Assembly: GCA_951804945.1 (NCBI GenBank)
Contig: OX638156.1
Span: forward strand, 59,024,001-59,088,000
Length of the DNA stretch: 64,000 nucleotides
Direction: 5' to 3'
Origin: Podarcis cretensis
Taxonomy: Eukaryota
Part shown: one piece after another, positions 33,501 through 47,103 of the stretch
How positions within the stretch are numbered: position 1 is the first letter of the stretch
How the letters are laid out: every line of letters begins with the position of its first letter
Position numbers and translations under genes: made by a program
The notes under the pieces: model-generated
The model's database searches: none
What the model saw: only the letters and a program-made list of their open reading frames with translations
What the model was told of the DNA's origin: nothing

Positions 33501-36500
33501 GAACCCATAGTGTTAAACACATCAGTAATAAGATTATTTGTTTAGTATTTAAAACAAACAAACCCACAGCATCATTGTCTCAAACAGTGATTTCAGGGTT
33601 TCCAAGAACAGTATCTCTCCGTCCATCAAATATCTGAGTAAAGAGGGATGTTTTTCAGTTCCTCTTGAAAGCTATTAAAAAGGAAGATTCACCTCACCAG
33701 GGAAAGCATTCCACAATTTGGGAACCACTACTGAAAAGTCCCTTTTATTACCATTTTCATTGTGTTTTGTTTCTCTGAGCTTATTGATTTCAGTCAACCT
33801 TGCTGCCCTTTAAGTACACATAGGATTGTATCTTTAATACAGTCTTGCTTGTTTGGGTATCTGAAAATTGGCTGAAAGCTCTCCCTTTTAAAGCTTGATG
33901 GGAAATAGCATAGCCATTCTTCTTGTTCTCTTTAACAAGCTTGTGTATAGATTTATCTTAAGTGTCTCTAATTTGTCTGAAGGTATGAAGTGTCTATATA
34001 ATTTGTGGAAGAGGCTTTGGTTTACACCCATTGTAGACTGTTGTCCTAACAATTCTTACACTCCTGATGGCTTAAATCAACTATAATACAAGTACAAATA
34101 GTTGTTGTCTAAACTGAGTATTTCTATTGGCTTTAAACATCTAGTCCTACTTTATGTGCTGCTTTATTTGTAGTGATAACTGTTGTCAAAAGGTTGACTG
34201 AGTAAATATACAACATTCTTAATCTGTTGTTACAATGTAAGAAAATAATATGAGCATCACAGCTCATTGAGATGGAATACAGTTCCTAGAATGTGTTCTA
34301 TTTCAAAACCCACCATGAATTTGTTTTCAAAGGAAAAAAGAACTGTTATTTTCTTGCTGAGATTCATACCAGTTGAGCAGGGATGGGCAGAAGGTGGATG
34401 ATTTGAAGTAGATTGGCAAGGATTTCTGACTCCCTGTAGTTTAACATCTCCCTGTGAGCTGAATTCTGATACTCAAAACAAATTTATTGACTCACAATTC
34501 TTTTCTTCTATGCCTTTTGTACCTGGCTCTGGATAGTGAATCTTGGGTTTCAAAACCAAAGTAGATATTGCAACCCTGAAAAGTGCCCACTTCTGCAAGT
34601 AAAGTACAGAATAATTACTTGGACAATGAATCTAAAAAGGGAGACTGGTGGAAGCAAATTGAATAGGATTATAGGGGTTAGTGTCAGAAACTACAGGACT
34701 TTTTGTCAATCTCTTTTTTATTAACCTTTTTATTTTTAAGTATTAAAGACTTGCAATTTAATGAGCACTGTTAATGAGCTGCTGTCTTCTAGTTTATTAT
34801 TCAGTCCATGAGAACAAATTGCTTTTTGTTGTTGTTGCAAGAATGGCAGATACCTCCCATGGAATACTTAAGGCTTTAAAATGGGATAATGTAGCTTGTA
34901 AACTGTGAAATGGAGTTTCACATGCACAGGCTTCATTTGCCGTTGACAAATAGCCATGGGACCTTGTTTGCACGCTTTTTGAGGGTTTCTTCTGCGTTTA
35001 TCATGGCAACCACATTTCAAGGACAAGTTTGGGCTTGTCTGTGTGACCAGCTTTGCTTAAAGATAAGCACTTGCAACTTCCTTTCTCTGCACAGAAAGTA
35101 ATATAGATTTATTGCTTACTATTTCTGGTGCAGATGAATTAGCCTCTTGCCTAATGTGTGCGGTAAGACAAGTGCTAAGGTACTGTAAACTAACATAGTA
35201 TTAACAATACAGTTGCTGATGATTAGTTATTCTCCTTCTCAGATTTTAAGTAATTCAGTATTTGTGGTTTCTTTAAGGTGGAAATGTTCTTTATTTGAGG
35301 CAGCAATTAAACAGTAGCAGTATTCTCACTTTTTTGCTATTTAATTTTTTAAAAGGAAAATAGCAAATAAGAAATTAGAGAGTAATAGGGCTGAACTTTG
35401 AAATATCAGTTGTCCTAACACTCCTGCTTTGGAAGTTATTATATGTACAGTTTTTAGTTTATAGTATTACAGTATTAATGTATTATTATCTGTAATTTAC
35501 ATGACAACAGTTTTAAATCAGATGTCAGTAGGTGTCTGATCCATGCATTTACATTTATAATGTATTTACATACCTGTTCCAGTATTGCATATGCACATGG
35601 ATTAATGAACACTGTTGATGCTAAGCTGGTGCTCTTCAGATGTTGTTGGAGTACAACTCCCATTTAATTCTGACCACCACTTAGGCTGACTGAGACTGTT
35701 GGAAGTTGGAGTCCAAAACATCTAGAGGGCAGCAGGTTGGAGAAGTCTAGTTTATTCTATGAGAAATTTTCTAAGGATTGCACTCATCTTGTTAAAGTTT
35801 GGAACGCTTTTTAAACAACATTTCTTTATAATACGTTGTAGGATATCATAATACAAATTGATTTCTAAACAGTGAGAACTTAAGTACAGTAAGAAAGGAG
35901 TAATATTTTTACATTAACATTGAAACTTCTAAAAAGGAGCATGTAATATTTCAGATTGCATTTTTATATTTACCCAGAGGCAATACTGAACATTTTCCCA
36001 TGCTTTATTTTTCAGTCAAATCTTTTTTGATAGTAAAAATGAATGATGTATGTGTTTTTAAAAGATTCATGAGTAAAGGACTGTAAGGTAATATTGGTAA
36101 CTGTCCAATCTTAAAATTTACAGTCATTTGCATTTTTTTGAGAATTCTGAAATCTTCTTAAATGTAATTCAAATCTTGTTTGTAATCTCTCAGGCAATTT
36201 CCCTATGATCAGTGATGACTTAGTCAATTCCTACCATCTATTATTATGTGTCCTCGATCTAGTCTATGGAAATGCTCTCCAGTGCCCAAATCGTAAGGAG
36301 CTTCTCAATCCTAGTTTTAAAGGTATGTTTTAAAAATATTTATATAATGCTGCTCATGGTATGCCACAAATTCATTATTTTTAAGTAAATAAAACTTGCT
36401 TTTTTAGTTTGGCTTTGAGTGTAGTGAACCAAATATTAGACTGAAAGATTAGGTGCACCACACTGAGCGGAACTCTAAAAAGGATTAAATATAATGCAGG

Positions 36501-39500
36501 TTGTTCACCCTTTTGCTTTATCTGCACATTTAATTGCTCTCTAACCTTGCCATAGAAAATACAGCAGGCCAAAGAACGTATTGTTTATCCATACACAGGG
36601 CTGGATTGATGAAAAGTGAAGGGAGAGAGCATGGTTTGTATCATAGTCTTCAAGAAACAAAAATTCCTTCATAAAACAGCTAATTGATTCACATAAAAAA
36701 GCCCAAATGTTTGCCGCAGTGACAGAGGTGGTCGGTGAATGAATACTGATTTTAAACTCTGAATCATAGATTTTAGTTGAGAAAGTGTTATTTTTAATAT
36801 AAATAAGTATATAGGGAATTTTCAATTTTGCCTACTGCGTCCGCTCCTTGATGCTGATGTCGTACCTGTCGCTGATGTTATTTCTGTTTCTGTTGTCTGG
36901 TCTTTGACTGCAATAAAGATTGATTGAGTGTTGGAATTTTTTTCATATTAAAATACTTTTACTCCTCCCTTGCCTCCCTACCCCCAATGCTACTTGATAT
37001 AATAGGGCTGCCTGAAGACTTCCATAGTAAAGATTTTAAGGTGTTGTCTGAAACTCCTTGCATCATTGAAAAGCTCTGCTCCTTACATGATGGTTTAGTA
37101 TTGGAAGCCAAGGGTATAAAAGAACATTTTTGGAAGCCCTATGTGAGGAAACTTTTTGAGAAAAAGGTATGTAACTAATTTTAAAATTTTATGCTTCATT
37201 AATGATTTGTCATTATTCCATTGCTTGCACTTAACACTAGTTCTGTTTTCTTGTAGATTCTAAAGGGAAAGGAAGAAAATCTGATGGGCTTACTGGATCC
37301 TGGAAACTTTGGAGAAAGCTTGTGAGTTTTGTAGAACAATAGCATTGGTAGTCACAGAATTTGCTGGATACAGAGGTTCCATTAGTTTGCTCTCAATCTA
37401 TCACAACATCCCTCACCGCTTAGAGCTAAGTTTTGAAGCCCAGTCTATCACTGGTAATGGTATGAAATTTGCTCCTGTAAAACACCATATTTTGAACCAC
37501 TCAGTTTTAGTTACTTGTGAAATCCTGGTCTATAATTTTTTAGCTTCCTCAAATGCATTTGTACCTTTTTAAGGTATTTTAAACAGGAGCATCCTTGACA
37601 AATTGCCTAAATGTATGTATGTGTTTATGTGTATGTATATGTTTATGTGTATGTATGTATGTATGTACAGTGGTACCTCGGTTTAAGAAACTTTGGAGAA
37701 AGCTTGTGAGTTTTGTAGAACAATAGCATTGGTAGTCACAGAATTTGCTGGATACAGAGGTTCCATTAGTTTGCTCTCAATCTATCACAACATCCCTCAC
37801 CGTTTACGAACGATTCGGTTTACGAACTCCGCAAAACCGGAAGTAGTGTCCCGGTTTGCAAACTTTACCTCGGTCTCAGAACGGAATCCGAACGGTGGAA
37901 GGGCACCAGCAGCAGGAGGCCTCATTAGGGAAAGCACACCTCGGTTTAAGAACTGTTTCATTTTAATCTGTTTCTGGAACGGATTAAGNNNNNNNNNNNN
38001 NNNNNNNNNNNNNNNNNNNNNNNNNNNNNNNNNNNNNNNNNNNNNNNNNNNNNNNNNNNNNNNNNNNNNNNNNNNNNNNNNNNNNNNNNNNNNNNNNNNN
38101 NNNNNNNNNNNNNNNNNNCCCCTTCTTCCAATCCATTTGCCTTTGAATGTGCACCAAAGTCCCAAGGTTAGTTGAGTTTTCCTAGCTCTCTTTTCACCTT
38201 TAAATATTAAAAGTTAATGGCTGGACCCTAGTTTTCTTTCTGACTCCCCCTTTTCCTTTAACCCCAAAAAATCTGCTTCTAGGGGTTGGGAGATTTGGGG
38301 AGATGGTGTGGCGAAGAGGGTTCCAGAAATCTCCTCCCCACCCCCTTCCTCTACATTAATAAATGATCAACTTAAGATCCAAATCATTTCCCATGTTTGC
38401 ATTATCATAACTTGGTTCAAGATGAAGCTGGGGGATGAACAAGTGTTTTGTCCAAACATGTAGCTGCTGGACCCTGGCTTAATATCTTGGCTTCGTTTAC
38501 ATTTAATGGAAGACTTCCTGGTTTGATTGCTTGCCTGGGGAAGCAAGGAACAAGGCATCTGCATATGTACCTGAAAGGTTAATCCATATCTTGGCTTCAT
38601 AAACTAGAGAGGTGATAATCTGAGCAGAGCAGTTCTGTCAGCAGTTTCATCTTATACAGTTAGATATCTGCTGGTTACTTTATTATATTTTGATAGTTCT
38701 CAGTAGGGATTTTTTCAACTGGAACTCACCAGAACCCAGTTCTGGCCCCCACTCTATTGTCATTACAGTGGTACCTCGCGTTATGGATGGGATCTGTTCT
38801 GGAGGGCTGTCCGTAACGTGAAATGCCTGCAACTCAAAGCACTGTGTGCGCAGGCGTGTGGCGTAATTTGGCGCTTCTGCGCAGGCACAAGCAGCGAAAC
38901 CCGGAAGTAACCCATTCCAGTACTTCCTAGTTGCTGCAGGACATAACGCAAAAAGATGCAGCATGAAGCCGACGCAACACGAGTTATAAGAGAACAAGGA
39001 GGGGTGTTCATAGTGCTTTCCGGCACCTCTTTTTCTAGAAAAATAGTGCTGATTCTCACTATTTAGATTGATGCCATATTTTGAGGAAATAAATGTTGGC
39101 TTAGTAGTTACACTTTGCAAAAGTTATCATAGAAGGAATCAAAGATCCAACAGTTTTCTGTGGTAACACTTTGTAGAAATTCTAACCCTGTTTGACTTTT
39201 CTCATGACAGAAGCGAAAAGGCCTAGGAAGACCCTTTTTAGTGAAACGCTTCCCTCCGTTCTGTTGCAGTCACTTATATTTTGAGTACTCAACACTGTTT
39301 ATCTCTCCCCCCACGCCCCCAAATATTATAGCAAAGCCATCAACAAGGCTTATGAGGAGTACATATTGTCAGTTGGAAATCTAGATGAGCGAATATTTCT
39401 TGGAGATGATGCAGATGAAGAAATAGGAACCTTGCGAAGATGCTTAAATACAGCCTCAGGCATGGAAACAGCCAAAAGAGTTCAAGTGAAATATAATCTG

Positions 39501-42500
39501 CAGGAGCATTTTGAACGAGTGAGTATAGTGTGGTCTGTCGTGTGTTCTATTGGTGAGTTGTTGTCTGTCCTTAGAATAGTCATAGTAGCATATTGCCCAT
39601 GGTCAGAATTACATCTCTGGGTGTATTTATTTCTCTGGTGCATTTCCAGGCCCAAATCAAAGTAAAGGTTGTAAGCTTTACAGTAATAACTTTAAGATCT
39701 TCTGCTGTGCTCACCCTCAGGTTGGCAAGGTGGGTTGCCAGGATGGAAATGCACCTCTTTATGGTGGTCCCACAGCCATGCTGGCCCTTCCATTGGGCCA
39801 GCACAAAATCTCTATGTTGCAGACTTTGGGGAAGGCCCTGAAGATATAACTATTCCAGACATCATGCTTGTTAACCAAGTGAGGGTCTCACTCAGGCTTC
39901 CTCAAACTTGGCCCTCCCAAATGTTTTTGGCCTACAACTCCCATGATCCCTAGCTAGCAGGACCAGTGGTCAGAGATGATGGGAATTGTAGCCTCAAAAC
40001 ATTTGGAGGGCCGAGTTTGAGAAAGCCTGGTCTAACTGAATTACATTCTCTCCAGTTTTGTTAAGTGTTGATTTGTAGCATTTTGAAGTTTTAATTTTAA
40101 CCTTTGTCTCTTATTTTGCTTGTAAGCTCTTTAGATGGGCTTTGACCCAGAAAAGTGGCTTAAAAATATTTTGAATCATGAAATAATTAATTTTTATGTA
40201 ATCATTGTAGTAATTTCAGTTCTTAAAATATTTTCATGTTGTTGCTGTTTAGGCAAAATCCTTTAGAATAGCAACACCTCTTACTGGTCGAAAGTATATA
40301 AAGGAGAGTGACCCGTGTACAAGTCCCATTTCCATAGCCACATACAGCTTGACCCGACTTCATACAATGCTGACAGGCCTGAAAAATGCCCCTAGTGAAA
40401 ATCTTGAGCAGATTTTCAGGTTAGTAGAATCACTGCTTTAAAATGAGTTGGTCTAATCTTCCTGGAACATTACAGACCGGAAAGCCAAATATAGAAAACA
40501 AGAATTTTTAGATTAATTGAAGGAGTTTGATATTATATTACTTCAGAATACATAGTATTGTGATCACAGATGCATGAACAGCTTTGTCATTTCCCCCCTC
40601 TCTCCATTTGGGCAGAGATACAGATCTCTGGAGTAATTACCTTTTAAGATTGCATGTAGCCTCTTTGTGTATAAGAAAGCATACACTGTGTTCTTCTTAT
40701 GCTCCCCTGTTCTTGGATGAAATAACGACACCTGTTTTTATAACTGGCATTTAATGGTATTTCATTACCATGGTAAATCAGTTTATTTGTTGGAAATGCA
40801 ACACAACAAAATTTAATAAAATTAGCAAAACTAAACATGCAGAGTTCCATCTTGTGGTGGCATTTCATGCTAGTCCTACTCAGAGTAGACCCATTGAAGT
40901 TAATGGACTAGGCTAACATAGGTTTGTTAGTTTCAGTAGGTCTACCCTAAGTAGACCCTGGCTGAAGGCAGTATGTTAAAAATAAAATAATTCTATGAAC
41001 AATGGCTGGATAAAAGTGGTATTACTTCATAGTATTCTGAAAAACCATATCACCCCTTTCTTCTTAATTTACAAAAAAAAAATAATTGATTTTTTTTCTG
41101 GCCAGGGCTTGTTCCAGGGATCCTTCTTTGTCAATTGCTAACAGGGTGAAAGAAATGTATGACATTTATTGTCAGAGAACACCATCACAGGGAGAACCTG
41201 GTAGCTTCTCTAAAGGTAAGGCCATACTATGCTCTTATATAAAGCAACTTCCATTGTGTTCTGATATTTCCAGTGATCGCTGTACACAGTGCAGCTAGTA
41301 TTTGAAAGCTGCCTGGCCTTTGAACATGTGTTCTCTCCGAAAACTGATCCATCTGGAAATAGTGCAGTACAGTGGTGCCTCGCAAGACGAAAAGAATCCG
41401 TTCCGCGATTCTCTTCGTCTAGCGTTTTTTTCGTCTTGCGAAGCAAGCCCATTGACGGCTTAGCGGATTAGCGCTATTAGCGGCTTTTAGCAGATTAGCG
41501 GATCAGCTGATAAGCGGCTTAGCGGCTTAGAAAAAGGGGGGGGAGGGAAAAAACCCCGCAGGAACTCACAAGACATTTTCGTCTTGCGAAGCAAGCCCGT
41601 TGGGAAATTTGTTTTGCGAAGCGCCTCCAAAACGGAAAACCCTTTCGTCTAGCGGGTTTTCCGTCTTGCGAGGCGTTCGTCTTGCGGGGCACCACTGTAT
41701 AGCCTTATAAGAGCATGTTTGTAATTTCTATTTGTTTCAAGGGATTTAAAAGTAATTATTGTTGTTTGGAAGCATTCCCCTTTGGAAGCATTCTTTTTAA
41801 TGGCAGCTGACGAAATCTAGCCCCAAGTCTTGAATTTCTTTTCTTAATGTGCAGAAATTGTTGGAAAACACTTTCGTCTTGCTGAGGTCCTTTATTATAA
41901 GGTATTGGAGTCTGTCATTGAGCAAGAAAAGAGAAGACTAGGAAATGCTGATTTATCTGTAAGTAAGTCAGAATAGTTCACATAAATTTTCAACATCTTT
42001 TATTTCAAAATAAACTAATACAAAATGAAATATTTACCTACAATAAGAATTATGGTAATCAGTCCATAAGCTGGCACCAATTTAGTCATTGTTTTCTGCA
42101 GGGTCTTTAAGATTGCCTAACCTCGTAGTTTGTGTAAACATAATGTTAAACTAATGATATTTCTGTTGCCTTGAGATCAAAGCAGTTTATCCTCTTCTAT
42201 GCAATAGTATAACCTCTCCTCCAGAGAAATTGCTATGTGAGTTGCAGTCTCCATGACAGTGAATAAAATGGTCATTTTAAAATGCTCATATATATAAATC
42301 TTGGCAGTATTAAAAACATTTAATATTGTTGACAGGTATTGTTATCCCAGTTGTCCCAGAATAACCAACAGACGCCGGCTGCATGATAAGTCCATTGCCC
42401 AGAAGGGATCTGTCTTTATAAGTAGATGAGACCTGTGAGGTGTGCATATTCCCCAACAAAAAAATGCTGCCTTCGTAAATTGAAATTAAATGAGGAGTCT

Positions 42501-45500
42501 GTGTGTGCAGGAGATTCATGAACATGGGTCTTCCTGTCCTAGTGATTGGCCATAACCGTGAGGTTTAGGAACAAGTGATAGAGATGCATAACTCAGACAT
42601 TTTCCTTTGCCTGCTCAGTGTCAACTTCCACCTTACTGGTGCAAATTAGTTAGTGGCAAATTATATCGTGTTAGATTTTTTAAAGGACTTGCTTGAATGA
42701 AGAAATGCTTTTTGCATTTTTATGCTGAACTGATTGAATTATTCACTGTACAACACTTTTTCTATCCTAGGGGATTCTGGAGCATGATGTGTTTCACAGA
42801 TCTCTCATGGCTTGCTGCCTCGAGATAATTATTTACTCTTACAAAGCAACTGATAGTTTCCCATTCATCGCCGATATATTTGATGTTCCTGCCTTTCACT
42901 TTTATAAGGTGAATTCTTTTTTACCATTTGCTCTGACTTCTAAAAGTCAGCAAGGAAAATGTTATAATTTACTAAGAAGTTAACACCTTTTAATTTTTAA
43001 AAATGCTATTGAATTTCATAGTAGTTTCAAAGACATAACAATGTTTGTTTGTTTAAACTTGCAATATTTGTTATAGGTGATAGAGATTCTGATTAGAGCA
43101 GAAGATGGCCTTTGCAGAGAGGTAGTGAAGCACCTTAATCACATCGAAGAGCAGATTTTAGAAAGTCTGGCATGGAAAGCGGAATCACCGTTGTGGGACA
43201 AAATCAAAGAAAATGAAAATAAAGTTCCCACATGTGAGGAGGTAAAATATGGGGCTTATCTGCCGTGTGTGTATATACTTCTTTATTTAGTACTTGGGAA
43301 TTTATTCTGCCTGTTTTAACCAAAATGGGAAGGATTTAGCCCCTGTTCATCAGCTGAGAAGCAGAGGGCTGACTCCTGTTTTTGCAGTCTGTCTGAATTG
43401 AACCCCACACACCTGTCAGTCAAATTCTAAGCCCAGCCTGTGGAGTGTTACCACCAACTTAACCCTAAACCAGCACTATCCAACCTATTACCCTATGGAA
43501 GTTTCAGGCTACAACTCCCATCATTCTTGGTGGTTGGCCATTCTGGCTGGGGCTGATAAGAGCTGTGGTCAGCATTCATTGCCCCTTTCCCCCATCCCAT
43601 TCCTCTACTGAGGCAGCTCCTTAAAAACTGTCTGCAGTGTCTGCCAGCAGTGCTTTTTCTTGTAGTCAGTGAAGCTATTTAGGATGCATGGATTCAGGTC
43701 TTCAGCCAGTTCTACATTAAAACTGCCAGCAGCTTGGCCTCTAGGAATATAATGGGCACAACCATCCCTTGAGTCTTCATGTCCTGCTGTTGGTCAATAA
43801 TGGGTCCTCCTTTCCTTTAGACATCATTTGATTGTTCAGTATCTCATTTTCTTTGCCCAGTGAGAGCAAGAGGGTGAGTGAAATGGGGGGAGACTATTTA
43901 CCAGCAGGCTCATCATATAGGTTTAAGCAGACTTTCATGCAGATCCAGCTTGTAATCCCTCATTACTTTCTGCAAGGAAACACTGAACCAGCAATTTTTA
44001 AGAAAATCTAAAGATGTACATTAAGTAAAGAACTATTCCCCTCCAATGTGCCCAACTGATCTAGTTCTATTAGAATGTCATTGAAGTCTGTCGCAGCAGT
44101 CCAGGATTATTACTGGAGTTTCTGGCTCCTGCATGAAGTAACTAGAAAACAGATTAATCGTGTTTATTAAACTGGTACTGTGGCTGCAGTCTTGTACCAC
44201 CTTCCTGTGAGTAAGTACAGTACCACTGAATTAAATGGGACTTGCTTCTGAGTAGACATGTATAGTAGACAGTAATGTACAGATCAGATGTCATGTTTCT
44301 AGATATCTCAACCATGCTATGAGATTGTGTGCTTTCCTGTTCCTACATGTTTATTTATTTAAAGAAATATATGGTCTCTTAAAAAAAAAACAGATCACAT
44401 TAAAATCCCCCTTCCCAGTTTGCTTATAACTGGAATTTTCTATTATATTTAGATCCCAACTTACTATTCTTACAGCTTCCTAGGGTTTTCCAAAACTGTT
44501 GTTCAAATCTTGGGTTGTAGGGAAGACTGGGACATCATTAGCCACAGTTTGCACTAGATTAAAACCATGATTTGAAGCAATTTTGGTAAATGGTAACTCC
44601 TGTTTTGGACATAACAGTGGAGGTTAAAAAAACAACAAAAAGCAGCAGGGAGAAAAAACTCTAAAAGGCTGCAGAATGATCTTCTAATGGCTGAACTGGA
44701 CTACAGAGAGCAACATTTTTAAAGAGTTTTTGCAAGGATAAAAAATGCATGAATCTTATGTTTTTAGGTAATGCCATCTCAGTATTTTGAAAAGTCAAAT
44801 GGAAACAGTGTGGCAGGTTCCCCTTTAACCCCAAGGAGACTGAATGAGATTCGTGCTGAAACTGGAACACTGGGAAAGGGTAAGATTTACTCAGCTTATC
44901 AGAAGGTGCATCTTGTCTCAGTGTTTGCACATCAAGAATATTACTACTTAAACACCACCTCATATTGGACAGGGCATGATCATATTGGGAAAAAGGCCTG
45001 AGGATGATGATAATCAGCTGTGACTTACGTTGGCGTATTCACAAGGAGCATTCTCTTCCATGAAATTGACATAGTAAAATAATCTGACAACCTTGCCCCA
45101 TCCAAAATGTACATGAGCCCTTAATCTGATGTTTTGAGTGGGATTAAACTTTAAATAAGAAGGTATTGGATTACATGCAATTCTCCCCCCACTTTCTTTG
45201 TCAATCTGCAGGCCTTTCATCTTCTCCAACCACGCTTTATGAGAGATACAGTTCTCCGACAAGTAACCCTACAAGGAGAAGGCTCTTTGTTGATAATGAC
45301 CCCCCTACTGAGGTCACTCGGACTCCTGTGAGGGTCTCCCAGCAGCCCGTGATCAGTACAATGTCTGTTCAGAATGTCTCCACAGAAACAATACCTGTCA
45401 CTCCTGTGCCTGGGCAGACTTTAGTAACTGTAGCGACCGCAACTGTGACTGCAAATAATGGACAGACAGTTACAATACCGGTACAAGGTAAGGAGGATGC

Positions 45501-47052
45501 ATGGTCTTTGCAAGATGTAGGAAATAACCATTCCAGTGGCTCCCAGTGCCATCGTTGGGGTGAGGGTTGTAGTGAAGCGGGTGAATCATATAATTGAAAA
45601 GTTTGAAGGTACCCCTTCTCAGTAGGGACCCTCTTAGGAGTTCCTCCACCCTCAGAAGGGGGGGGGGAGTGGCAGCCCACAAGAGTGCATACTCTGTGGC
45701 AACCCCTAAATAGTGGAATTCCCTCCCCACGAAAGTATGTTTGCACCTTCTGCCATATAACGAAGATGCAACTTTTAACCCTGACCTTTGACACTTGAAG
45801 TATGTATTTTTAGACCAGGGTGAGAGGGTCTGTAGGGTAGAAATAAGAGAGTAAATAATGTCCCCAAAATTCAGACTTCCCAGTACGCAAGCTACTTTCA
45901 GCCCCAGAAGCAAATTGGCTTCCCCCCTTTTTCTCAAATTTCAGTATGTACATTTTCATATACTTCCCTAAGTAGTAGGAACCTTTTGTTTCAAATGTTT
46001 CTGGATTTTCTCCCAGCGGTCCCTTTGCAGCATTTATTTGCTCTTCCTTTCACAGGCATTGCCAATGAAAATGGAGGAATAACTTTCATTCCAGTCCAGG
46101 TCAACGTAAGTGGGCAGGCCCAGCCACTGCCCAGTTCCATCCAGCCTCTCAGTGCCCAGACCCTTGCTGGGACTCTCAGTACTCAACAAATGACTGGCAC
46201 AGCCCTTCAGTTACAAGGCCAGTTCCAGCAGATTGCCCTTCCTGGAGAGCGACAAAAGCAGCAAATGGGCAGTAGCAGTGCTAAGTCCAGAAAGGCCTGC
46301 TCACTTGCACTCTTCTTTAGAAAGGTACATCCAGCATAGAAAATCACATGTGTCACTACAGTGCTGACTTGGCTGGAAATCCAAGCTTGCTTTCTTAGGG
46401 TAAGAACATCCTCAGACAGGGAGATGTGTATGATAAACTCAGACCATTTTTTTCTAAGTCTACTCTGCCCATCGTAAATAAGAGTTCAAAATCCACATTG
46501 TTCTAGCTGATTTTACTGCAACATTCCTCAGTCCTCAGTCATGTTCAGACATATTAGTTTGAACTTCATGCAGTCTCTTACCTTTTATGATGGTGATTTA
46601 GAAGAGGTTGTTGTGCCTCTCACATTTATACAGAGTACCACCCCATAGTAAAGGTAAAGGTAAAGGTAAAGGTACCCCTGCCCGTACAGGCCAGTCTTGA
46701 CAGACTCTGGGGTTGTGCGCCCATCTCACTTAAGAGGCCAGGGGCCAGCGCTGTCCGGAGACACTTCCGGGTCACGTGGCCAGCGTGACATCGCTGCTCT
46801 GGCCAGAGCCAGAGCCAGAGCCGCACACGGAAACGCCGTTTACCTTCCCGCTGGTAAGCGGTCCCTATTTATCTACTTGCACCCGGAGGTGCTTTCGAAC
46901 TGCTAGGTTGGCAGGCGCTGGGACCGAGCAGCGGGAGCGCACCCCGCCGCAGGGATTCGAACCGCCGACCTTTCGATCGGCAAGCCCTAGGCGCTGAGGC
47001 TTTAACCCACAGCGCCACCTGCGTCCCTTGTACCACCCCATAACTGCTTCTA

Positions 47053-47103
<51 letters not shown>

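Noticed and set aside
37693-38175. 160-aa and 122-aa ORFs
   Set aside because: Artefacts spanning the N gap and the duplicated intron segment.
46930-47027. tRNA-like sequence with A and B boxes
   Set aside because: It is the tRNA-derived head of the Sauria SINE, not a tRNA gene.
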